Positions 21,844-32,752 of a stretch of 64,000 bases of DNA are shown in pieces. The position numbers and the translations under genes were made by a program. The notes beneath the pieces were generated by a model, which ran no database searches, was not told the DNA's origin, and was given only the letters and a program-made list of their open reading frames with translations. This DNA is from Hyaloraphidium curvatum SAG 235-1 (lineage: Eukaryota; Fungi; Monoblepharomycota). Position 1 is the first letter of the stretch; each line of letters starts with the position of its first letter. The stretch lies in contig JAIVFI010000012.1 in assembly GCA_025558095.1 (NCBI GenBank), positions 186,001 through 250,000 of the forward strand, in the 5' to 3' direction.

Positions 21844-24156
21844 TCAAGACTCGTCCAGGAGCATGCTGTCCAAACCGTCCAGCTCTGCCTTGAGCTCCCC
21901 GTTCTCCCTCTGGAGTTCATCGTTCCTCGCCACCAGCACGTTGTTTGCCCATTCCAGCTGCCGCGCGCGTTCGATTCCGGCGCGGGCTTCCGTTTCCCTC
22001 GCCTGGGCCTCGGCCAGCTGCGCGCGAAGGTGCGTGCGTTCGGCTTCCAACGCCTTGCGCTCCTCCTCGTGCTTCCGCAGCCGGTCCGAGAGGATCTGCT
22101 GCCTCGATCGCGCGTGCTGCGACGGAGAAGACGGGGAATCGTGCTCCTGGATCCCAGACTGGGAGGCGTGCGCCACAGTCTGCTGGCTGGCGGAGTCGTC
22201 GACCCGGTGATAGGCGCCTTCACCAGATTGTGGCTTTCCATCACCTTCTCCATCGGCGACACCTGCGCCTGCCGGCCTCGCGCCCGAAGTTTCCTCGCGA
22301 CCGCCCGATCCGGAATTAGCAGCATCGAGCGGCTCGACTGATTGGGCCGCGGTGCCGCCCCTTTCGGCCCGGGATTCCGTGAGCGTGTCGAACTCGATCG
22401 GGGTCTCGTCGATCATGTCGCGGGCGGGCAGCTCGGGCTCCGAAGGCTCGAGCTCGTCCTCTTCTTCCTCCTCATCGGCTTCGCGGGATCCAGGCTCCGA
22501 GGGGACGGCAGTAAGATCTCGTCGCGCAGAAGGCGCCCCGTCCGGCCTTCCGGTCGAGACCACGGGTCCCTTCTCGTTGTCGCCCACGACGTCCACGCGG
22601 GCCGCCTTGCTCGTAGGGGCGACCTCCACCGCTTCATCGTCCGAATCAGACTCGGATTTGACGCCTCGTTTCCGGCGCGCCGGCACGACGGCGCGCTTCC
22701 CGACCCGGACGCCGCCTTCCGGGTCCGACCCGTCCGATTCCGACTCCGACTCGCTCTTGGCGGCCCTTTTCGCATTCTTCCGGCGCGCGCTTCTCCTCTG
22801 GTCCCGCGTCGCGAAGTACTCCTCGTCGCTGGTCCCGTCCGGATCCCACACGCTCGAGCTCTGGTCGCTCGCTTCTGCGTTCTCGGCGCCATGGCTGCCA
22901 GACTTGGAGACGCCTTCGTCCGAATCCGAATCGTCCCATGGAGGCGGCCGGAACGGACCGTCGTCTTCCGCAGCCGGTCCGTGCCCGTCGGGGTCAGCCT
23001 TGATCCCGCTGCGGCTCCCCGTGATGCCCCGCATGCGCAACCCTTCAGAAACGATGGCGGCAGCTTCGCTGTTGGCGTGGAAGAGGTCCTCGATCACCGC
23101 CTTGCCCGGCTTCCTCCCTTCGCGGTCGCCGATCGTGACGTCGACGACGTAGCTGGAGCTCGCCGGCATGCGGGCGGCGTTCATCGCCCTCAGAACGTCG
23201 AGCCGGTTGCGGGCCGCGGCAAAGTAGTAGGCGGTCCGCCCGAACGAATCGCGCATGTTCGGGTCGAGGCCAGGATGCTTGAGCAGCAGCTCGACGCCCT
23301 CGAGAAAACCCGCGTAGCAGGCTGCCATGAGGGCCGTGCAGCCCCGCTCGTCGGTGCGATTTGGACTGCTGCTCAGCTTGAAGAACCTGATCGCCGCGGG
23401 GAGATCCTTGCCCAGCATCACGTCGATCGCACCGCGCACGTCATAGGTGTCGTCGTCGTCGCCCCTTTTTGGTGCATGATGCTCCCGTGGCTGCGGATTC
23501 GTCTCCGAGATAATCACGGCAGTGGCCTCCTGCGCCGCGGCTGACAGCTCGGCTTCGAGACCAGCGCCCTTGATCAGGTCCAGGATCTCCTTCGACGGCC
23601 GTGTGAAAGGATCGACGTTCAGGTTCGCCCGGTGTCCGACATCGAACGCTGAATCTTTCCGGACCGTGATGAGGTCCTTGACGATATGGACCCGGTTGTA
23701 CAGCGCCGCATAGTCCGCGGCCGTGCGCCCGTACGCGTTCTCCCACGTCTCGGTGAAGGTCTGCTCCGTGGGCGCCTTGCACTTGCCCCCTTCGCGCTTC
23801 CTCGCGGCTTTGGCGAGCCGCTCGTTGTCCGAGTGCCCGATGAGCAACCGGTAGAGCTCCCACTTGCCCGCGGCGCACACGAGCTGGAGAGGCGTCAAGC
23901 CGCCACGGTCGCGTTCGTGGGTCTGGTTGACGTCCAAAAGAGCGCCGTACTTGAGAAGAAGGCGGACAATCTCCTTTTCGTTGTAAAGACAAGCCCAGTA
24001 AAGAAGGGAATCACCAAAGACGCCGTCGTCCACGTTCACGTCGATTCGAGGCATCGTGATCCGCGGCCGGAGGAGCTTCCGTAGCTGGCGCTGCACGGCT
24101 GGGGCGTTGCCATTGATGCAGTCATAAAAGAACTGCACCGACGCCTGGTTCGGCAT
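21844..24156 (-). CDS. Ankyrin-repeat protein with acidic low-complexity middle and C-terminal coiled coil, intronless
   Basis: GDSLLYWACLYNEKEIVRLLLKYGA, GLTPLQLVC, GRTAADYAA, GCTALMAAC..VELLLKHPGLDPN, GRTAYYFAA. Start placed at MPNQ because the longer ORF overlaps prpE copy 2. Confidence 0.85.
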   Translation of the reverse strand: MPNQASVQFFYDCINGNAPAVQRQLRKLLRPRITMPRIDVNVDDGVFGDSLLYWACLYNEKEIVRLLLKYGALLDVNQTHERDRGGLTPLQLVCAAGKWELYRLLIGHSDNERLAKAARKREGGKCKAPTEQTFTETWENAYGRTAADYAALYNRVHIVKDLITVRKDSAFDVGHRANLNVDPFTRPSKEILDLIKGAGLEAELSAAAQEATAVIISETNPQPREHHAPKRGDDDDTYDVRGAIDVMLGKDLPAAIRFFKLSSSPNRTDERGCTALMAACYAGFLEGVELLLKHPGLDPNMRDSFGRTAYYFAAARNRLDVLRAMNAARMPASSSYVVDVTIGDREGRKPGKAVIEDLFHANSEAAAIVSEGLRMRGITGSRSGIKADPDGHGPAAEDDGPFRPPPWDDSDSDEGVSKSGSHGAENAEASDQSSSVWDPDGTSDEEYFATRDQRRSARRKNAKRAAKSESESESDGSDPEGGVRVGKRAVVPARRKRGVKSESDSDDEAVEVAPTSKAARVDVVGDNEKGPVVSTGRPDGAPSARRDLTAVPSEPGSREADEEEEEDELEPSEPELPARDMIDETPIEFDTLTESRAERGGTAAQSVEPLDAANSGSGGREETSGARPAGAGVADGEGDGKPQSGEGAYHRVDDSASQQTVAHASQSGIQEHDSPSSPSQHARSRQQILSDRLRKHEEERKALEAERTHLRAQLAEAQARETEARAGIERARQLEWANNVLVARNDELQRENGELKAELDGLDSMLLDES

Positions 24157-24264
24157 GTCGCCGGAGCCGGAGCCCTTCGGGGTTTGCGGTGAGGTGGCGG
24201 TAGGGAACTTCTGGCGTGGTGACTCACCACGCGCAAGTCCGGAAGTCTGCAAAAGCTTCCCACC

Positions 24265-26619
24265 ATGACGTCCGCGGTCAAGTTCCCCCAGATCGGGCTC
24301 CACTCCGCTTCCCTCCAGAGCCCCGAGGAGTTCTGGGGCGAGCAGGCCAAGAACATCGACTGGTTCGTGCCACCCAAGAGGATCCTGACGCCGGGGAACG
24401 AGTCGCCCGACGGCCGCTGGAAGTGGTTCGACGGCGGGAAGGTGGGCAGCCGTCTTTGTCCGACCATGGCGCTGGATCGCTGAGTTCCTCCTTCACCGAC
24501 CCCACCACCCTCTCGCCCTGTTGGTTTTTCTCCTATTGATTGAACTGATCTTCTGTGCCACCTTGGGCGTCCTGAATAGCTCAACACCGCCTGGAACTGC
24601 GTCGGCCGCCACGTCAAGGCCGGCCGCGGCGACAACGTGGCCATCATCTACGATTCGGCCTACACCAACACCCGCAAGCGTCTGACCTACGCCCAGCTCG
24701 AGAAGGAGGTCGACGCCGTCGCCGCCATGTTCCAGGAGCACGGCGTCAAGAAGGGCGACCGCGTGATCATCTACTTCCCCATGCTGGTCGAGGGCTTCCT
24801 CTGCATGCTCGCCTGCGCCAAGCTGGGCGCGGTGCACTCGGTCGTCTTCGGCGGCTTCTCCCCCGCGGAGCTGGCGAAGCGGATCGACGACAGCAAGCCC
24901 GTGCTGTTGGTCCACGCGTCGTGCGGCATCGAGCCCAACCGCGTGATCCCGTACAAGCCGCTCGTCGACGAGGCGCTCCAGGCGAGCAAGCACAAGCCGC
25001 GGAAGGTCATCGTGTTCCAGCGGCCGCAGGTGCCGGCGCCGGTGGACCCCTCGAGGGGGGAGTCGGAGTGGCAGGTGGAGATCAAGAAGATCAAGGCCGC
25101 CGGCAAGACCGTCCCCTACGTTCCCGTCGACGCCGAGGATCCGCTCTACATTCTGTACACCTCGGGCACCACCGGGCAGGTGGGGATCTCACTATCCGTC
25201 TGCTCGTTGCTTTTCTGACTGGATCAAACACCCGTCCAGCCCAAGGGTGTCGTCCGCAGCAACGGCGGCCACGCGGTCGCGCTGTACTTCACCGGCCGCC
25301 ACTTCCTCAACGTCGGCCCCGGCGACGTCATGTTCTCGGCCGCCGACATCGGCTGGGCGGTCGGCCACTCGATCGGCATCTGCGCACCGACCCTGGCGGG
25401 CGCGACGACCATCGTCTACGAGGGAAAGCCGATCACGCCCGACCCGGGCGCCTTCTGGCGGATTGTCGAGGAGCACCAGGTCAAGACCATGTTGTGGGTG
25501 TTGCTAAATCTCTCCGCCTTCCGGACTTTCGCTGACCCGGCATCATATCCGCCCAGCACCGCCCCCACGGCTCTCCGCTCGCTCAAGGCCGCCGACCCGA
25601 CGGACCACTACGTGCGCATGCACGACATCACCTCGCTCAAGGCCCTCTTCCTCGCCGGCGAGCGCTGCGACACCGACTCGGCCACGCACTACTCCCGCGT
25701 CCTCGGCGTGCCCGTGATCGACAACTGGTGGCAGACCGAGACCGGCTGGCCTATCAGCGGCATCTGCACTGGCCTCTCGCAGGACGGATCGTACAGGAAC
25801 CTGCCCATCCAGGTTGGGTCCGCGGGGCTGCCGATGCCTGGATGGAAGGTGAAGGTGATCAAGCCCAAGCTCGACGAGGCAGGCGAGGTGTGCGAGGGCG
25901 AGTTTGTGCCCGCGGCGGCCGTGGAGCTGGGAAGTATCGTGATCGAGCTGCCGCTGCCTCCTGGCGCCTTCAGAACGTTGTGGGAGGTGTGTTTGACTTC
26001 ATGCATTCCTTCCGTCAAGACAGACTGACGTCAAGTCTTCCAGAACGACGCTGGCTTCAACAAGTCGTATCTGCGGGCTACTACGATACCACGGACGCCG
26101 GCCTGATTGACGAGCACAACTACATCCATGTTTTGGGCCGCACCGACGATGTCATCAACGTCGCTGGCCACCGCCTCAGCACCGGACAGATGGAGGAGGT
26201 GGTGTCGGAGCATCCGACTGTGGCCGAGTGCGCCGTGATCGGTGTGTTGAACGACATGAAGGGCGAGGTGCCGCTCGCGTTCGTGGTCCTCAAGTCTGGA
26301 TCGGACGTGACGCCCAAGCGGATCGAGGAGGAGCTGATCCGGACGATCCACAACTCGATCGGGCCTTTTGCGTGCTTCCAGAAGGTGCACGTCGTGGACA
26401 AGCTGCCCAAGACGCGGTCGGGCAAAGGTGCGCGGCGACATTCGGCATTCGTGCCAGCCGGTCGACCTTTTCTGACCTTGATCGCCCGCAGTTCTCCGTA
26501 GGACGCTCCGGGACATCGTTGCGGGACGCAAATACACCGTTCCGGGCACTATCGAGGACGCCACCATCCTGGACACGCTTGAGAAGAGCTTCGGGCCGCA
26601 GCCGACTGCCCGGTTGTAG
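24265..26619 (+). pseudogene. prpE: Propionyl-CoA synthetase copy 2 (inverted paralogue of 13930-16351) with a ~10-nt frameshifting deletion at ~26074
   Basis: Same motifs as copy 1. Copy 1 reads CTGCAGAGGTTCCCCGGCTACTAC where copy 2 reads CTGCGGGCTACTAC, giving TGA at 26104-26106 before the GRTDD and LPKTRSGK motifs. An assembly error is possible. Confidence 0.8.
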
Positions 26620-26984
26620 ATCGGGACTGTCTTGAAAGTCGTAGTGGCTCGCTGCCTGTAAGCATTTATCCTAATCGACGGACGCCGACCTTTGGCGCGA
26701 TTACCCGGTGGCGTCGAGGCGTCGATTCGGTTTGGTAAGGCTCGTGCGGGTAAACAGCGCGGCCAGCCGATAAACAGACCCGTGCACCTTCCGCCTCACG
26801 GAAGAACAGCGTACCAGGCACCCGACGAGGTCGTCGGCGAGCGTTTGGCTCCTCTCGACCCGCCTGTTCGCTCGCAAGTGAAAGAGATTCGCCAGTGTTC
26901 GGTCGTGAGCGCGACGCGACTCAAGAGGACAGAGTCCGGGAACCGACGGCGCCGTTGGCCAGCCTAGAAGACACCGGGGACGCC

Positions 26985-27359
26985 ATGAACACGCTCTTCA
27001 CCATCGATGGCGCCGCCTTCGTCGCGATCGGACTCGTTGTGCTCGCTACGCCAAGCCCGCAACCGGCACTGACGCGCAAGGTGGACGACGTGGCGCTTCT
27101 CCCCTTCATACACACGCGGAGGCTGCTGGCGTCCCAGTTCATCGGCAACGGGCTCCTCGCGCTCGTTGCCGGCACGACGATCACGGACGCGATTTCGCTG
27201 CGCCTCGCTGCCGGCGCGCGTCTAGCGACCATCGGCATCGTGCTCGCCGTCAACGTCACGCAGCTCAGGAGCGGCGCGTGGAACAAGGCGCCTCTGTACT
27301 TTATTGACACCATTCTTACGGCGTTCGCGATCGGTTACGGGATCTTTTTGGTGCGCTGA
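26985..27359 (+). CDS. Small intronless ~4-TM membrane protein of unknown function
   Basis: 124-aa ORF with GCCATG start context and four hydrophobic segments. Confidence 0.65.
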   Translation: MNTLFTIDGAAFVAIGLVVLATPSPQPALTRKVDDVALLPFIHTRRLLASQFIGNGLLALVAGTTITDAISLRLAAGARLATIGIVLAVNVTQLRSGAWNKAPLYFIDTILTAFAIGYGIFLVR

Positions 27360-27495
27360 ACATGGCGGCGGACGTCGCCTTCTCGCCTTCCTAGGACCGC
27401 CGCCCGGAAGCAGAGAAGTTCTTCGGCCGCATGAATGCTAATGCTCTAGTGCCATGTACAGACCAATCGACAACTTTGCTTTGATCCCAGGATGA

Positions 27496-29633
27496 TCACT
27501 TTGCTAGGATCGTCCTCATCGCGTCCAGCAGCCCCTCCCCGGCCGCGGCGCCCTCTCCCTCGGCCACCGCCCTCCGCCTCCACCCCACCATCTGATCCGG
27601 GCGCACGAGAACCAGGCCGCTCTCCTCGATCCCCGAAACCGCCGCCCACTCCCCCAGCAGGTCGACCATCTCACGCCCGGGCCCGACTACCACAAGCCTG
27701 ACCTCCGACCCCATCTCCTCCGCGGCCTTGCGCACAACGGGGCCCCAGATGGCCTCGCCGCGCAAACCGGTGAACGCCGCGAAGCCGGGCTTGCCAGCGT
27801 GAGTCCCGCAGAGGTCGAGGGTGCTCGTGCGCTTGCCGTCCTTTCCCGCAAAGATCCACGCATGCGGGAGGCGGTGGCCCGGGGCGGTGGTGGCGCGGTA
27901 GTACAGCTCGTCGTCGGCAACCGAAGTCGCGGGGTCAGGGTCCGTGGAGGAGTCGGCGACGACGGCGCAGGACGAGTAGCTCTGCATTGCGTACAAGGTG
28001 AGCTGCGTTCTGATATCGCCTGCGCCGGGTACCCACGTGGTTCATCTCGACGCCCAGGGCGTTGAATTCGTACGTCTTGCCGGCGATCCCCTCCCTGAGC
28101 GCAATCCTGATCGCCTCACCCGCCGCGGATCCCGAGCGGAGCTCCGCCAGGGCGCGGTGCATGTCCTCGCTGCCGAAGCCGTCGCCGACCCCGAGCGCCG
28201 AGAAAATGGGCGCGAACTCGGTGGTCGACTTGTTGGCGCGCGCGACGATCTGCTTGCCCACGGGGGCTCGCTCGGCATCGTATGAACGGAGCAGCGAGGG
28301 GCCAGCCGTGCCCCTGAGAACGAAGGCGAGTTTCCAGGCGAGGTTGTACGAGTCCTGGATCGAGGTGTTGCTGCCGAGCCCGTTGGTGGGCGGGTGACGG
28401 TGCACCGCGTCGCCGCCGCAGAAGACGAGGGGATCGGGGAACTCGGCGGTCGGGGCGGGCACGTAGCTGGCCGCGTGGCAGTCGTTGACCGTCCAGGTCG
28501 ACACGGACTTGATCTTGGCGTCGAGGTCAGGCACGCCGACGAGCTGCCGCACAATAGCGAGCGCCTCGTCGTTAGTGAACTTCTTTCCTTCGGTCGGGCA
28601 GCCCCAGATAACTGTAGGGCGGCGGGCGTCAGAACAAATCAACGCGCCAAGTCCCACAGCTCAAGGCCCACGCATCCACTCGTTCCACGGCCTGACCATC
28701 CTCACCACCCCCATCCCGACGCCCCTGCTCTTGGGATCGGCTTGCGACTGCACGATCCAGTACAGCACCGACGGTCTGTGCGCCACGTAGCGCGACAGGT
28801 CGCACTCGAAGACGACGTTGACGCTCCCCGCGAGCCCCATCTGGCCCTTGAAGGGCAAGCCCGCGTCGACGGCGACCTTGGACCTGGCGCCGTCGGCGCC
28901 GTAGAGGTACCGCGAACGCACGAGGGTGATCCCGGCCTCGGGGTCCGAGGGGTCGGCGGGGACAAGGCGGTTGCGCACGCGGGTGACGACGTGCGGGTAC
29001 GGGTAGTCGGCGGCGGGGAGGCGCTGCTCGTAGGAGAGGTACTCTGTGTTGAACATGGGGATGGTGCCGCGAGTGCAGGCCTGGCCAAAGAGCTGCGGCG
29101 ATGGCGGACAGAGTCAGCTACAGCGGCTTGATGGTCAGCATCGAGCGACCCACGATGGGCTCCATAAGATTCTGCGGCATGTCGCACGGCCTGCACGGGC
29201 TGGCCATCGTGTAGTCGGCGAGCCTGCGCGGGTGCGTGCCCCAGGCCATGATCCGGCCGAGCTCCTCGCCGGCGAGGGAGGTGGCGAAGATGGTGTTGCC
29301 CATAATGTCCTGCGGCGCGGCGTAGAGATTGACCTCGTCCTCGACGCCGAGGTCGCGGAGGACCTCCATGGTCCGCATGTTGGTGATCTGATCGAGGCCG
29401 AGGGGGGAATCGGGGTCGAAGAGGACAGAACAACCGCGGAGACGCAGTGAAACAAGCGCACATGCTCGAATCTACGCGAAACCTACGTGTGCACGGGGCG
29501 TATCGGCAAGCCAGCGGTACTTCGTCACGACGAGGTTCTTCACGCCGTAGGTCGAAAGAGCAAGCCCCATCGCCGCTCCGGCGGGGCCGCTTCCGACGAT
29601 GAGGACATCGGTGTCAATCATGGGGGGGGCCAT
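27496..29633 (-). CDS. FAD-dependent phenol/2,4-dichlorophenol monooxygenase (TfdB/PheA-like), multi-exon
   Basis: DVLIVGSGPAG, LADTPRAH-ITNMRTMEVLRDLG, YLYGADGARS, GDAVHRHPPTNGLGSNTSIQDSYNLAWKL, PGHRLPHAW, VLVRPD. Confidence 0.92.
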
Positions 29634-30091
29634 TGCCGTCTAGAAATCGAGGAGTGCCGTTTGGGAGTGTTCGCTTCCGGAGTCTCTCGCGCGTCCCTTT
29701 GGCGGTGCGGAGCGGAGGCTGCCTCCCGTAAACAACGGGTCAACACACGACTGGGTGCATCGCCGGGCAGGGAAACCAACGGGTTGGGCGCTTGAGCTCA
29801 ACCAAAGCCCGATGTGAAGTCGGACTTCGCGATTCGCTGTCTCCTGTCTCCCAGAAAGACGCCAAGGAAGTGGAGGCGAAGCATCCTCCTGGGGGACTAC
29901 GGGGGCAAACTCCGCACGGCGGCCACTGATTGGCCACCGGCGCGGGTTTGGGATCCCATGCGGCGGAGCTTTGCCCCCACACCGGGGACCCAAATGGCGC
30001 ATCGCCCCTGGGAGACACGAGCAGCGCATCGCAATTGCATCTCGGGCAGCCGTCGACAACCAACCTCCTGCAGCACGACGCCACCGTCGCC

Positions 30092-31760
30092 ATGCTCCCC
30101 CTCGTGCTCTCCCTGTTCGCCGCCATCTTCGTAGTGCTGGCCTTCGTGACCCGCACGCGCAACCCAAAGGTCCCCGGCCCGCCGACCTGGCCCATCATCG
30201 GCGCCCTCCCCACCTTCTTCCCCTTCCTGCGCCGCAACCGCCCCAACCTCGGTCTGACCAAGATCGCTCAGGGCTACGGCCCCGTCGCCCGCCTCACCAT
30301 CCCCGGGGGCGACGCCATCATCCTGTCCGACCCTGCCCTCGCTAGGCGTGCGCTCCGCGGGGACGATGGCGGCATCATCAAAGGAGACGAGGTCGAGCAC
30401 GCCATGGTGAGTTTCGCATCGCAGCCGTCGCGGAACCGGCATTGATCCACGGATCGCCTCCTAGGGCGACATCGCGCCTTTTGGGCTCTTCGTCATGGGG
30501 GACGGCCCCAACTGGACCCGCCACCGCAAACGGCTTCAACCCGCCTTCGGTCCCGTGCACCTCCGCAACGCCCTCGTGATCGCCTCGGACATCGCCGACC
30601 GCCTGTACGCCATCTACGACTCCAAGCTCGGCACGCCCGAGGGCGACGCCGGGTTCGACTTCTACAGCGGCGCCACGAGCGCGGTCGCAGACGTCCTCGG
30701 CAGGATGGCCTTCTCGTACGACTTCGGCAACCTCGCGGCGATGGTCGACCCCTCCAACCCCCGGGAGACGTACAACAACCTCGAGGCGCTCCTCGAGGTC
30801 TTCTCGAACCGCATCTTCGGCGTCCCGCGGCCCTTCTGGAACCTCGCCGGCCTCGGCACCGAGAAGGTCAAGCCTATCACGGCCAAGGTGCGCGCGGTGG
30901 TCGACGCCGTGATCGAGGCGCGGAAGCAGGCCAAGACCGGCGGAAAGGAGCGGTCCGAGAGGGAGTTGGACGTGCTGGACAGGCTGATGGCGCAGACCGC
31001 GGACGGCGAGGCGGCCTTCACCCAGCCCGAGATCGTCGACGAGGTGCTTGCCTTCTACATGGCTGGTACGTCTTGCTGCCTTGCCTGCGATTTGGCTTCC
31101 TCTGATCGCTCCCGATCCATAGGCCAGGACGCCATGGCCAACGCTCTCGTCTGGTTCCTTTACGCCCTGTCCGAGAACCCCGCGGAGCAGGACAAGATCT
31201 GCGAAGAAGTCGCTCGCGTCGTCGCCGACCCCACCGGCAAGCCGACCTACGACGAGCTCGCCGAGCTTCGGTGGGCACTGCTCGTGATTCGACGCGCATT
31301 CGCAGTGCTGATCGAAGCGCCCTACAGCTACCTCGAGGCCGCCTTCCGCGAGTCCCTCCGCCTCTACACCACGCTCGCCCAGCCCATGCCCCGCATCGTC
31401 GCCCAGGACACCGAGCTCGGCGGGTACCCCATCAAGGCCGGCACCCTCGTCTTCGTCCTCGTCGGCGCCATGCACGTCGATGGCTCCCTCTGGGCCAACC
31501 CCGAGGCCTACATCCCCGCGCGCTTCCTCTCGGAGGCCAAGGACGGCGAGAAGGCCGGCGCCTCGGCCTTCCTGCCCTTTTCTGACGGGCCGCACCAGTG
31601 CCCCGGGATGAGGCTGGCGTACCTCGAGGCCAAGGCGTTCGTGGCGCCGCTGATGCGGAGGTACAGGGTGCACCTGGTGCCGGGGCAGGACCTGGAGCCG
31701 GTGGAGGCCATCAGCACGGGACTGAGGAAGGGGTTGAAGCTGCGCTTGGAGAGGAGGTGA
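30092..31760 (+). CDS. Cytochrome P450
   Basis: Membrane anchor and PGPPTWPIIG hinge, W-x-x-x-R (WTRHR), ESLR, PARF, heme motif FSDGPHQCPG. Introns ~30407-30463, 31066-31122, 31271-31327. Confidence 0.93.
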
Positions 31761-31901
31761 GCCGAAAGGCTGCATGGTGGTCGCGTAGTGGTTTCGCGTT
31801 CCGGTTTATGCGCGTCTTGGACGAACGTTAGAGTGAAGTCGTGCGAAAAAGAACTTCTCGTTCATTCCGTTCAAAGACGCCCATTGCTTACAGTCCCGAG
31901 G

Positions 31902-32594
31902 TCAAGAATTGTCCAGCAGCATCCTTTCTAGCCCGTCCAGCTCCGCCTTGAGCTCCTTGTTCTGCATCTTCAGCTCCTTGACCGTCCCCTCCAGCTCTCG
32001 GATCCGGTCGTTCGTGGCAACGGCCTGCGCCTCCCGCGCGTGGAGTTCCGCGACTTCGGCCCGCAGCCGTTGCGTCTCCGCTTCCCACTCGTCGCGTTCC
32101 CTCTTCTGTTTCTGAAGCAAATCCGCAAGGAGCTGTTGCCTCGGTTTTGGGCTCGGCAGCGAGGCCGCCGGAACCGCGACCGCCGACGGCCCAGGCCTCG
32201 GTTGCTCCAAAACAGGATCCATCATCGCCTCTTACGGCGAATGGAATGATCTCACATCGTCCTCGCTTTCGCTGGCAAGCCGTTCGTGGCCCCTCGTTCT
32301 GACTCGCGGACGCCCCGATTGGGCCCGCCCGCGGCCCCGCCCCCGGGTTCCGCGGGTTGGACCCCGGCTCAGGCTTCGTCCCGCGGCTCGTGCGTGTCCT
32401 CGGACTCGGCCCCCCCTCGCCGTATCGCGAGGGATGGTTCCTCCGCGGCTGTAGCCGCGACCGCGTCCCGACCCGCGCGAACGTCCGGCTCGACCGCGTC
32501 CCCGCCCACGGCCGCGCGGGGCGGCCGGAACAGCTACATCGGCGTCCGATCCCGTGCTTGATTCCAGCAGGTCGGCCGCCGTCTCAGGATCCAT
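31902..32594 (-). CDS. RG-rich plus coiled-coil protein, interrupted by one in-frame TAA (32232-32234); possible pseudogene
   Basis: ORFs 32232..32669 (RGRGRG-rich) and 31902..32225 are in the same frame, 6 nt apart. The C-terminus resembles that of the ankyrin protein. Confidence 0.5.
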
Positions 32595-32752
32595 CAGGAT
32601 GCGGCAAACGCGTCGTGATTTGCCGCGTCGCAGGGTACGCGATCTTCGATTCGTCTCCCACCGCAGCACCGCAGCCGCCCCGGACCCGCCAATCGAGCAG
32701 CTCCTGTTCGGACGACCGCATCCTCGACGTCAGCCGCCCCGGAAGCGTCACG

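Larger units (their letters stand above)
13930..26619. repeat. ~2.4-kb inverted repeat pair (13930-16351 / 24265-26619) enclosing a ~7.9-kb four-gene cassette
   Basis: Reverse-complement identity over exons and some introns; ORF-track translations are near-identical (e.g. 15089..15988 vs 24637..25218). Confidence 0.95.

Noticed and set aside
19924-21893. Long overlapping ORFs (e.g. 19924..21336, 20532..21893; likewise 30378..31775, 41350..42636, 59342..61129)
   Set aside because: Antisense or alternate-frame shadows of high-GC3 genes, with Arg/Gly/Pro-rich translations and no motifs.
24157-24303. N-terminal extension of the 819-aa ankyrin ORF
   Set aside because: Non-ATG start that overlaps prpE copy 2 on the other strand; ATG at 24156 is more plausible.
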